From: an uncultured delta proteobacterium | GTDB taxonomy: Bacteria; Desulfobacterota; Binatia; Binatales; Binataceae | Reading direction: 5' to 3' | DNA: 64,000 nucleotides | NCBI GenBank assembly: GCA_963842085.1 | Contig: CAWJET010000001.1 | Location: 928,001-992,000, forward strand | Shown: positions 29,445-38,850 of the stretch, one piece after another | How positions within the stretch are numbered: the stretch's first letter is position 1 | Layout of the letters: every line of letters starts with the position of its first letter | Notes under the pieces: model-generated | The model's database searches: none | Told to the model about the DNA's origin: nothing | The model's input: the letters and a program-made list of their open reading frames with translations, nothing else | Made by a program: the position numbers and the translations under genes

Positions 29445-29797
29445 ATGCCTTGGATCGTCCGCGGCTGTGCCTCGATTGCATGGACACCGCTTGCGTATCG
29501 GTATGCCCAGTCGATTGCATCTACAGCTATGCGGGCGGAGACAAAGCAAGTTTCCCCAACCAGCTCTTCATCAATCCTGACGAGTGCATCGACTGCGGCG
29601 CATGCGAGCCAGAGTGTCCCTGGCAGGCAATCTTCGAAGAAGTCGCGGTGCCTCAACAGTTCAAAGATGATGTCACTCTCAACTATATGATGATGGATCG
29701 ATCGTCCCAGTTCGTCGTGCAGAAGCATGAGCCTGAGGACGCTCCGGCGCCGGAGCAGGTAGAGGCGAACAAAGCTAAGTGGGGGTTGACCGCATGA
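29445..29797 (+). pseudogene. 7Fe/8Fe ferredoxin with a 1 bp deletion near codon 6 (or sequencing error)
   Basis: RBS then ATG MPWIV, shifting to [20 protein letters not shown]...[17 protein letters not shown]. Confidence 0.75.
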
Positions 29798-30720
29798 GGC
29801 TGCGGAAAACGGCGCTCGCGCATCGCGCGAGCGCCGCGACAGCTGAGTGGGAGGCAAGGTCCCTGCCGAGAATGTAATCCGCAGCGTGCTGTGCTTGGGC
29901 GGCGGCGAGAATCACTAAGCGGCGGTCATCACGAAGCCGCTTGAGCCAGCCAGCCACGTATGCGGCCTGATTCGCGATCACCACGTTTGAGATTCCGGCT
30001 TCGGCGCAAAGGTATGCTGCTCCCATCTCCGCTATGAGTTCTTCTTTGGAGTACACAGCGGAACCGAACGCAGTTGCATACGGTTATGCCCTCGCGCGCA
30101 AGCCGCTTCGGATGTCCGCTGCTGTGGGTCAATTCATGCAAAAGCGTTGCGCTGTATTCTTCAGCCGATACGAACAGATTGCGCGGTGGCATGGTCACGC
30201 GATCGGTCATACTGTTGTAAAAAGCCTTCGAGCCTGCGTGCTGAATCTCGGGCGGCTTCGGCATTGCGGCGACTATCCGGTCGGCAGCTTCGATCCGATC
30301 GTGTTCGTGCGTTGCGATCTTCGGGAGTTTGTCGAGCGCGGCTTGCGGAAGCTCGCACTGTTCCAGATTGAAAACGCGATAGTAGCGCAATAAAAATCGC
30401 CGGCCCGATTTCTCGTTTGGCTGGTCGTTGTTGGTGTCTTCCGTCGTCTCTCCGGCGTCATCAACTTTCCAAAAGATGACGATTGTACTTTCCTCGCCCT
30501 TGCGAACGTGACCGCCCAATTCGTTCGCCTGGCGCATCGTCAACCAGAAGGGGGAAACGTACTTCGAGGCCGAGAGCAGAAAGTGATTGACGCCTCGATA
30601 AGGCTTCTTGCTTACGATATTGCGCGGCAGTCCGGTTGAAGTCCACGGCCTGCGCCACGGGACAAACCCCTGTTCAAGTAAATTGATTATCTTCTCGGTG
30701 ACAATTGCATAAACGTCCAT
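29775..30720 (-). pseudogene. ardC: ArdC-family antirestriction / ssDNA-binding protein, frameshifted
   Basis: VPWRRPW, YRGVN, GGHVRKGE, LLHELTHSSGH; +1 shift near 30079 then YSKEELIAEMGAAYLC...YVAGWL. Confidence 0.85.
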
Positions 30721-30797
30721 GGTCGTAATCTCCGAAATTGAAATTGTTGGGTTTGAAGAGAGAGCCGCTTTCGCGGCTCTCTCCTGATCGGTGAAAG

Positions 30798-31178
30798 CTA
30801 GAATGGGATGTCGTCGCCCGCCTGCGCCTTGGGCGCGTTGCCGTTCGCGCGATTCCCAAGCAAGCGCATTTGAAGCGCGATGATTTCGGTGCGGGTGCGC
30901 TTTCCGCTTCCGTCCTTCGCCTCGTACTGGCGGGTTGTCAGCCGTCCCTTGACGTATACCTGGCGTCCCTTGGAAAGCAGGCGCTGGTAGTTGTCCGCGA
31001 GCTTCCCGAAAGCAACGATTCGATGCCATTCGGTGCGTTCCTGCTGCTCGCCGTTCCGATCCTTGAATCGTGCCTTGGTTGCGACTGAGAAATTCGCCAC
31101 GTTCTGCCCTGACGGCAGTGCGCGAACCTCGGGATCACGGCCCAGATTTCCGACCACGATTGCTTTGTTGATAGACAT
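30798..31178 (-). CDS. ssb: Single-stranded DNA-binding protein (mobile-element type)
   Basis: MSINKAIVVGNLGRDPE, TEWHRIV, C-terminal DDIPF. Confidence 0.95.
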   Translation of the reverse strand: MSINKAIVVGNLGRDPEVRALPSGQNVANFSVATKARFKDRNGEQQERTEWHRIVAFGKLADNYQRLLSKGRQVYVKGRLTTRQYEAKDGSGKRTRTEIIALQMRLLGNRANGNAPKAQAGDDIPF

Positions 31179-31210
31179 GACACTTACCTCCAATTCCTTT
31201 CGCTGTTTGG

Positions 31211-31420
31211 TTAGAAACCGTCCTCGTCGATCCGGTGGGCGTTGAAATCGCGTTCGGCCGTTTCGCCGTGACCGCAACGAGTGCCGTAAACGGCCTTGTC
31301 GCCGGGGTAGTAGAACGCTCGCTCGCCGGAATTGATTTCCGCCTGGCAATTCGGCTCGGCACATCTCGCCGGATACCGGACGGTGATCCACTTGGGATCG
31401 CACTTGAACCTTCGTCGCAT
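31211..31420 (-). CDS. Small Cys-containing hypothetical protein (69 aa)
   Basis: AAGGAG RBS; WITVRYPARCAEPNCQAEI..GERAFYYP; co-oriented with ssb. Confidence 0.6.
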   Translation of the reverse strand: MRRRFKCDPKWITVRYPARCAEPNCQAEINSGERAFYYPGDKAVYGTRCGHGETAERDFNAHRIDEDGF

Positions 31421-31500
31421 TGTCGTTTCTCCTTTCCGCCCGCTTCCCGTCATCGGGCAGGGCGTGCTTCGCTTTTGCTTTCATCACCGCGCAACATTTT

Positions 31501-31843
31501 CGCGGGGACCTCTCAACCCGAACTGGAGGTCCCTGCGCAGATTTCTAGATGCGCGAGCGGAGCGGGCAGCAGGACGTGCCAGAGATACCGTCTTGCTGAG
31601 CAAGAGGATCGGTATCGTGTTCGCAGAGCGGACCTGGCGCGGCGTGCTAGTGCAGCGAACGCCACCACTTAGAGCGGTGCGAAGCGGAGATACCGTGTGG
31701 TCGATCAAGCGGGAGGGGGCTGCGGGGGAGGGAGTAGAACGCTACGACGGAACCCGACGGTATCTCACAGCGGAGAGCCCGGAAAAACGCCTTATGGGCC
31801 GGTTGGGCCAGAAGGCGTAGGGATTTTGCTGGGGCAGGGCTCT
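31501..31843. promoter_or_regulatory. Multi-hairpin structured non-coding region upstream of ssb-ardC
   Basis: Stems 31501-31512/31526-31537, 31584-31616, 31687-31696/31757-31766, 31774-31780/31837-31843, 31787-31818. Confidence 0.5.
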
Positions 31844-32033
31844 TTGAATCTTGGCGGGTACAGCGCTATATAAGCGCCAACGAGGCGACGCCAGGCGCGT
31901 GGCATGGAAGGAAAACTTGGCCGATTCGGGCCTCGACGTTCGTTTCAAATAAATGTTGTTCGAGATCGATTGAGGCGGGTGCCAGAGGGTTGGTGTTAGC
32001 GTCCCGTATCTCGTCGAGACAGGGGGATCCATC

Positions 32034-32531
32034 GTGCTAAGGAGAGCAGCAATCGGATTTATGTCCCTGTTGTGGTTCGTTACCTGTGCTCCAATCAACT
32101 CATTGGCGGACGACCTGTTCATCTATCCGACCAAAAATCAGAGCGCCGAACAGCAAGACAAGGATAAGTGGGAATGCCGCGCCTGGGCGACCAAGCAGAC
32201 CGGGTTCGATCCTGCGGCGCGCATGACCGCTTCGAGTCCGCCCCCTACACGCCAAGCGCCGAAAGCCGGCTTGGTGCGCGGCGCTGCGGGCGGTGCCGCA
32301 CTCGGTGCAGTTGGGGGCGCAATTGCGGGAAATGCCGGAAAAGGAGCTCTGATCGGCGCGGCTGGAGGAGGATTGATCGGTACGGTGCGACGTAATGACC
32401 AGATTCGACAGGAGGAGCATGCGCATCAACAATGGGCGCAGCAGAACGTCGCTCAGTACGAGCAGAATCGATCTAGTTGGGTTCGTGCCGTAAAAGCGTG
32501 TCTTACAGGTCGAGGATATACGGTTCAATAG
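32034..32531 (+). CDS. Exported glycine-zipper protein
   Basis: Signal peptide, IYP..NQSAEQQDKDKWEC, GAAGGAALGAVGGAIAG, ACLTGRGYTV. Confidence 0.8.
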   Translation: MLRRAAIGFMSLLWFVTCAPINSLADDLFIYPTKNQSAEQQDKDKWECRAWATKQTGFDPAARMTASSPPPTRQAPKAGLVRGAAGGAALGAVGGAIAGNAGKGALIGAAGGGLIGTVRRNDQIRQEEHAHQQWAQQNVAQYEQNRSSWVRAVKACLTGRGYTVQ

Positions 32532-32602
32532 TGGAAGACGTACGCAATAAACTGCGATTTGACTATGCATTCGAGCAGTCGAAAGGCAGGAGGAGGTCGC
32601 TG

Positions 32603-33190
32603 ATGAAATACATAACGGTGATCGCTGTATGCATCGCACTCAACGTCACCTGTGCACGATTCGCAGTGGCAGCTGATCAGCCGCAAGCCGGGTCAACCGC
32701 AGGTACCGGGGAGTCGGCACCTTCAGGTGATGAACTTCACTTTGTCAGCGTGCTGACGTTTCAGGGCGAAATTGTGGCCGTTGAACCGGCGAAACGACTC
32801 GTCACGCTAAAGGGTCCGAACGGGGAGGTCTTGACGCTCGAAGCGGAGAAGGAGGAGGACCTGGCTGCGCGCAAGGTCGGCGATCGTGTACTGGTTCGAT
32901 ACTTCGAGGGCGCTCAAGTTGCTAAGGAGAAGCCGGGAGAAGCGGCTCCGGTCCATCCGTTGAAAGATGGGATGATCGCCGCCGAGCCTGGCGAACCCAC
33001 CGGTGCAATAGCCGCGTCGGCAGAACGGGTCGATGCAGGGAACCAGGAGATCACGCTCAAGGGAGAGGATGGCAGCCTCGAGACGATCATGGTTTCCAAT
33101 CCCGAGCACCTCTCTGATGTCAAGGTCGGCGATCGGGTCTTGATCACGCAGCCTCAGGGGCTGGCCTTGTCGGTCGAGAGCGAAGGCTGA
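32603..33190 (+). CDS. Exported hypothetical protein with duplicated OB-like repeat
   Basis: AGGAGG RBS, signal peptide, repeated VTLKGP/ITLKGE...KVGDRV. Confidence 0.7.
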   Translation: MKYITVIAVCIALNVTCARFAVAADQPQAGSTAGTGESAPSGDELHFVSVLTFQGEIVAVEPAKRLVTLKGPNGEVLTLEAEKEEDLAARKVGDRVLVRYFEGAQVAKEKPGEAAPVHPLKDGMIAAEPGEPTGAIAASAERVDAGNQEITLKGEDGSLETIMVSNPEHLSDVKVGDRVLITQPQGLALSVESEG

Positions 33191-33442
33191 TCACGCCGAA
33201 TACGCTTCGGCGAGTAAGAACAATGGAAGATGGGCAATTGGGTTGCAGTAATTATCGCTTCGCGACTTTCGTGAGAACCTTGAATTGCGCAGATGCTACG
33301 TGCTGCTTGGGCTCTTACAAGAAAACCAAACTAATAATGTCGGGACGGCTGTCGGAGGCCTCCGGCAATCAAAGCGGTCGAGTAGAGAAGGTTTCTGGCT
33401 TTGATGTTAGTGCGCGCGAATTCCCGCAAGTCCAGCCTGAGC

Positions 33443-34206
33443 ATGAAGGCATCCCTCGTGCCGGCTCTGGCTCTGGTGGTTTGGAGCTTTGGTGCCGAGT
33501 GCCTGGCCCAGCAGACGACAGGGCCGAGCACCGCCCTCGCGGAGAGCCTGAGCGAGGAGGTTAACGACCCTACTGCCACGCTCACCCAGGCCCAGATCCA
33601 GGAGTTTTTCAGCCCGTCTGAGTTCGGCACGAACGCTCAGCCCAACACTCTGCAGGGCAGATTCATCCTTGCGGTTCTTCCACACGCCCCATTGAATCTT
33701 GCACAGATTGTGAGACCCACTTTTTCGCTGGTGACCATCCCTCAGAATAGGGGAGCTTCAACACGGACCGAATTTGGCGACCTCCAACTTTTGGATCTTT
33801 TTGTAATGCCACGGTGGATGACCGAAGGGATCGATTTGAGGTGGGCCCTGGGCCCGTACTGCGTCTTCCCAACCGCAAGTTCGAGCTCGGCCGGGCGAGG
33901 CGCGTGGCAGGCCGGTCCCGCCGCAGCATTCAGGTACCGTCCGATTCCTGGGTTGCTGATTTCGGGGCTCATGCAGCAGGCGACTTCGTTCGCTTATACG
34001 TCTCCACAGCGAACCCCAATCACTCGGTTAACCTTTCAGCCAATGCTCAGTTACCAGCTGGGGCGTGGCTGGTACATGAGATCGAGCGAGGCGATTTGGA
34101 GCTTTAATCTGCGTGACGCGACCTCGACCACAATTCCGCTTAGCGCCGGGTTCGGGAAGGTGTGGAACCTTTCCAGCGGTGAGGCAATCAACAGCTCGAT
34201 TGCCGC
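33443..34206 (+). pseudogene. Outer-membrane barrel protein 1, C-terminus missing
   Basis: Signal peptide, EVNDPTA, PTASS..G.GAWQAGP, FQPMLSYQL, IPLSAGFGKVW; runs into non-coding element after INSSIAA. Confidence 0.75.
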
Positions 34207-34255
34207 CTCGTACACGCGCGCAATTTGGGCACTTCCCCGGAGAATCCTCAAACCT

Positions 34256-34500
34256 GAGACTCGATGGCGGGTGATGCAGTCTGATGCGAACTGCTCTCCG
34301 CGTCAAATTCCCTGATCATCAGGGAAAATACAGGGAATTTTCGCGATTTCAGCTGTCTCGGGGTCGATTGGAACCGGGAAAGGCCTTGTCTGCTCTGGGG
34401 TTTTTATCGAAATTCTCTACTCAACCGAACAGGGAATTATTTTCGCGTAACAGGGAATTTAATCGGCGTATCAGGCAATTTTCTTCGGAGAACAGGGAAA
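34256..34500. repeat. tRNA-3'-like site followed by an ACAGGGAA repeat array
   Basis: Minus strand GAGCAGTTCGCATCAGACTGCATCACCCGCCA; hairpin 34308-34326; direct copies at 34428, 34449, 34470, 34491 (21 bp period). Confidence 0.7.
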
Positions 34501-34699
34501 CCGCTTTGAGGGACATTCGACGGGGTAAAACCGGGCGACGGAGAGACAGCTCTATTCGTCAATCTGCCAAACATTTGACACCCAAGCGACGGATGACAAA
34601 GGGGTGGTGACGCATGGTGGCCGGATGCGGGTATCGATTGGAAAGGCGTTATTTCTGGTACGCCGACCCAATCGATCGGTCGCGGTCTCTTTCGCGGAT

Positions 34700-35837
34700 C
34701 AGGTTTTGAGGAGCCACAGGGGACCCTGGTCGGAATGACGCGGGCGAGTTCAAAGCCGCTCTTTTCCAGCAAGGAGCGAAACTCACCCACGGTACGTTCT
34801 CTTCCACCATCGCTCACGGCCAGCATGTGCAAGTCCAGGATGCGTCCGAATCGATCTGGAAAATTTCTTTCGTTCGACATAACGATATCCATCAGCACCA
34901 GTTTCCCGGATGGCTCTAGCAGGTTGCGGAAAAACTCAATGAAAGACGATTTCGGCGAAGAGTAAGCATTACTACGATCACGAGAATGCGTCTTGGATCA
35001 ATGTCATCAGGAGTCAAAAACCCTTTTTCCGCAACCTGCTAGTGCACGGCGGCAGTTGCTCAGGATCTGCAGGGACTTTTCATCGTTCCAGTCGTGGATG
35101 ACTTGGGATAGGAAATAGAGATCACCACCCTGCGGAACGGTGTCGAAAAAGCTCCCCGCTATGAACTCGCATCGGCCGGAAAGACCGTTCCTGGCGAAGG
35201 TCGCGCGCGCGCCGGCTTCAACGTGCGGCAGATCGAATACGACGCCGCGTATCGACGGGTAACTTTTCAAAACGCCGGCAAGAATCCTGCCGTATCCTCC
35301 GCCCACATCAACTATCTTCGCCACTCCGGCAAAGTCGTATGATTCGGCGAGGGAGGCCGAAAGGCCCGCGCCGTATGAAACCATCGCACGGTCGAAGTCG
35401 GCAGCCACTTCCGGATGCTTCGAGAAATATTCAAAGACCTGGCAACCAAAGACCCTCGGAAACGCAGGCTCTCCGAACCGGATGCTGTGATCGAATTCCG
35501 CCCACCCGCGATAGAGCTCTCCTGCCATCGCAACGCTCCAGTCGCGCAACGACTCTGGATGATCGGCACGCAGAAATTCGGCGGCCGGCGTGAGCACGAA
35601 CGTGCCGTCCTCCTGCTCGGCGAAGATGCCCTGTGCGGCGAGTGCGCGCAAAAGCCGCTCCAAGCTTGGTTCGTCCGTCTTGGTGAGCCGCGCGAGCTCG
35701 GAGGCTCCTCGCGGGCCATCGCGCAAAAGGTCGGCAATCCCTAAACGCGCAGCAGAAGCGAGGGCCTGCGAGATGCAGTAGCCCAAAATGAGTTCGCGTA
35801 TCTTTAGCGCAGCAGCCGATGAGAGAGTCGTGTCCAT
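34700..35837 (-). pseudogene. SAM-dependent O-methyltransferase (Methyltransf_2) interrupted by a MITE
   Basis: VDVGGGYG, VVFDLP, GSFFD, IHDWND..NCRRAL | EPSGKLVLMD..DLHML..GGRERT; 3' end approximate. Confidence 0.85.
34920..35038. mobile_element. 119 bp MITE with 15 bp TIRs and CTAG target duplication (IS5/IS1182-like ends)
   Basis: CTAG|CAGGTTGCGGAAAAA...TTTTTCCGCAACCTG|CTAG. Confidence 0.9.
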
Positions 35838-35944
35838 GCGAAACACTCCTAAGCTAACGCTTGCGCGGGGCCCTGGTTGTGGCCACGAACCCCGCGCGGT
35901 CGGAACAAAACCAAGGCCAGATCAACCGGCTTCTTGACCTTCTT

Positions 35945-36177
35945 AGCTTATACCCCATCTTGATAAGACGACCGGCATTCCGGCTTTGCGAATCGATACC
36001 AGCGCACTGGCGCTGGGTTGGATGGCTCTCCGGATGATCTCAATATCCAACCCAGCGCGGTCGAACATGCCGCGACGCGTGGCAAAGTCATTCTGCATGT
36101 CTACAACCAGCGCCGCGGTTTCGCGCGAGATCTAGTTGAATGGGAGCCGGCCGCGCGTCGAGCATTAATGGTTTCAT
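35945..36177 (-). pseudogene. Isochorismatase / RutB-like cysteine hydrolase 5' fragment
   Basis: MKPLMLDARPAPIQLDL, frameshift, ETAALVVDMQNDF..GMFDRAGLDI..IRKAGMPVV; truncated. Confidence 0.7.
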
Positions 36178-36469
36178 AGGGTGTCTCTCTCGTCCTTGGG
36201 GGGGCTCGATCGCTTACTCGACCCGCGACCGATTCGGCAATCAAATGACACACCAGATCACCGCGATGGTACTACTCGTAAGCGACGTGGGTCCTCGTCC
36301 TTGGCTATTGACTATCTGCGGAGCGCCGATAGGGCAAACCCAAAACGCTGATCGAATTGAGTAGCGGTTGTATAGTCATTTAGGCCGCTTGTTTTCGATT
36401 ATCAAGTCCACGATTAATTGAAACATCATACTCTTTCGTAAAGCTGCTGAGTACCAATTCGTGCGCCCC

Positions 36470-37771
36470 TGTCCCTACCAAAAAGCTCCGAAAGCGTTGA
36501 AAAGTCTGGTGATTTATTTCGGTCGGCCGTAGTGTCGCCGGCATGCACTCACTCTTCTCGGAACTCTTCTCATGGCTCACCTGTCGGTTTCGCGGCCGCG
36601 TAGAATTGGAGCTCGAGGTCATAGCGCTCCGCCATCAACTCGCCGTCCTGCGCCGCCAGCGGCCCGGACGCACTCAGCTTTTCGCGATTGATCGCCTAAT
36701 TTGGGTCTGGCTCTACCGGCTGTGGCCGCGATTCCTGGAGGCGATGGTGTTGGTCAAGCCGGCAACGGTAATCAAGTGGCACCGTCAGGGCTTCCGGCTG
36801 TTTTGGCGATGGCGCTCGAGATCAGGGCGACCCTCAGTAGCTCGCGAGGTTCGCGATCTGATTCGGCAGATGAGCAGCGCGAACCCACTCTGGGGTGCGC
36901 CCCGGATCCACGGCGAGCTGCGCAAGCTCGGCATCGAAGTCAGCCATGCGACCGTTGCGAAGTATATGGTGCGAAGGCGGGGAACACCTTCTCAGAACTG
37001 GCGGACTTTCCTGCGGAATCACACCGAAGGAATCGCCGCCATCGACATGTTCGTTGTAGCATCCGCTTCGTTTCGGCTGCTCTACGTCGTGATCGTTCTG
37101 GCCCACGATCGCAGGAAGATCATACGCACAGGTGTCACTGAGCATCCGACCGCGGCTTGGATCTCGCGGCAGGTAACCGATGCATTCCCATGGGGCACGG
37201 CGCCCCGGTATCTGCTGCGAGACCGCGACGCATCGTATGGCTCGGAGTTTCGCCGCCGAGTCGAAGCAATGAACATCACGGAAGTCATCACGGCACCGCG
37301 ATCACCTTGGCAGAACGCTTACGTCGAGCGAGTGATCGGATCGATACGGCGCGAGTGTCTCGATCACCTCGTGATCTTCAACGAGCATCATCTGCGGCGC
37401 GTCATGTCTTCGTACGTCGACTACTACCAATGCACCCGCACGCATCTTTCGCTCGACAAGGATTGTCCCGACTCTCGGCCGATTCAGCATCGCAGCGCCG
37501 GAAGAGTCGTCGCCATTCCAAAAGTCGGTGGCTTGCATCATCGCTACGAACGTCTCGCCGCTTGATTCGTCTCGACTCCTGCTCACCAATCGTTGCGCGG
37601 GCTGCCGCACAACGTCGTCTGAGGCTCTATGCATCGGAGGGTTTTTCGATCTCGAAGAGGGGACCAGCCGTTTGTGGTGCAGATCGCAGTCCATCATTTG
37701 AGCGCATCCTTTTGATAGCAATTGTCTCTGCCGCTCGAATTCCGATTCAGACGGAATTTTTGGCAGGGACA
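36470..37771 (+). mobile_element. Insertion sequence (~1.3 kb) with TGT...ACA termini
   Basis: Left TGTCCCTACCAAAAA, right (reverse complement) TGTCCCTGCCAAAAA; flanks CCC|...|GGG; no direct target duplication seen. Confidence 0.85.
36543..37565 (+). CDS. DDE transposase, integrase core (rve) domain
   Basis: NPLWGAPRIHGEL, AAIDMF, LLRDRD, PWQNAYVERVIGSIRRECLDH, GGLHHRY. Confidence 0.95.
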   Translation: MHSLFSELFSWLTCRFRGRVELELEVIALRHQLAVLRRQRPGRTQLFAIDRLIWVWLYRLWPRFLEAMVLVKPATVIKWHRQGFRLFWRWRSRSGRPSVAREVRDLIRQMSSANPLWGAPRIHGELRKLGIEVSHATVAKYMVRRRGTPSQNWRTFLRNHTEGIAAIDMFVVASASFRLLYVVIVLAHDRRKIIRTGVTEHPTAAWISRQVTDAFPWGTAPRYLLRDRDASYGSEFRRRVEAMNITEVITAPRSPWQNAYVERVIGSIRRECLDHLVIFNEHHLRRVMSSYVDYYQCTRTHLSLDKDCPDSRPIQHRSAGRVVAIPKVGGLHHRYERLAA

Positions 37772-37779
37772 GGGTCGAA

Positions 37780-38655
37780 TCATTGCCAGCGTCGCGGCGC
37801 CGTGACGAGCCTATGGACGCCGAGCGCGTCGCACCAGCGCTCGAATTGCGCGCGCGGCACACCGCCGAACTTCAGGTCGTCGAGCAAGGCCTCGAGCGGG
37901 ACCGTGTCGATCAGCGTTGCCAGCTTGCGGTAGAGGAAAGCTTCGTCGCGCCTTTCGACGAGTGTCGCCCCGAGCTGGAGCGCGCCGCGTGGCTTGACCT
38001 TCCACTGGGATGCATCAGCGGGAATCCGTTCGAGATGTTCGTAGGCGCCGATCAGCATGGCCGCGCTTTTCTTGCCGAAGCCGGGCAGTCCGGGAAAACC
38101 GTCAGCACTGTCGCCCGTCAGCGCCAGGAAGTCGGGCATGCTGTCGGGTCCGAAGCCGCGCTCGGCGCGAAAGGCCGACTCGTTCGTCACTTTTTTCTGG
38201 CGCCGATCGACCTGCACCACCCGGTCGCGCTGTAAGCACTGGCCGAGATCCTTGTCCGGCGTGAGAATTCGCACCTGCTCGACCTCTTCGCGAAACCGGC
38301 GAGCACCGCTGGCGAGTCCATCATCGGCCTCGTACTCGCGCATCGGCCACACCGTCACGCCGATCGAACGGACCGCGTCTTCGGCCGCGTCGAACTGAAC
38401 GCGCAGCTCGGGCGGAACACCCTCATCACTCTTGTATGGCGGATACAGGTCGTTGCGGAACGAACGAATCGGGTTGTCGAACGCCACCGCAATGTGCGTC
38501 ACCGCCTCATCCGTGTCATGGAGCAGCGCCAGAATCGACTCGACGATGCCGACTGTAGCCTTGGCATCCGCGCCTGATGGATCGCGGTGAGCGGGGCGCG
38601 GCGAATAGTGCGCGCGATAGAGCTCGTAGGTCCCGTCGACGAGATGCAGCCTCAC
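37780..38655 (-). CDS. 5'-3' exonuclease / flap endonuclease
   Basis: LVDGTYEL, FRNDLYPPYK, YEADD, DKDL, LTGDSADGFPGLPGFGKKSA. Confidence 0.92.
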   Translation of the reverse strand: MRLHLVDGTYELYRAHYSPRPAHRDPSGADAKATVGIVESILALLHDTDEAVTHIAVAFDNPIRSFRNDLYPPYKSDEGVPPELRVQFDAAEDAVRSIGVTVWPMREYEADDGLASGARRFREEVEQVRILTPDKDLGQCLQRDRVVQVDRRQKKVTNESAFRAERGFGPDSMPDFLALTGDSADGFPGLPGFGKKSAAMLIGAYEHLERIPADASQWKVKPRGALQLGATLVERRDEAFLYRKLATLIDTVPLEALLDDLKFGGVPRAQFERWCDALGVHRLVTAPRRWQ

Positions 38656-38850
38656 GCCGCGACAATAGCACTTGGCGGGCTGTGCGAGGGGGAAGCGAAC
38701 TTGCGTGTGGAATTAGAGCTTGACGGTAGGTTTGCAAGTAGATAACTTAGTTAGTCTTATTTATCATCTTAACCGAAATGGGCATCGCCGTGACGTCTTC
38801 ACGGAGGTGACCCAGAGAGAAGAAAAAACATCAAGAGGCAGGCAACGAAT

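Noticed and set aside
29775-31420. Intact prophage or ICE
   Set aside because: No integrase, relaxase, T4SS or virion genes in the window; only a remnant.
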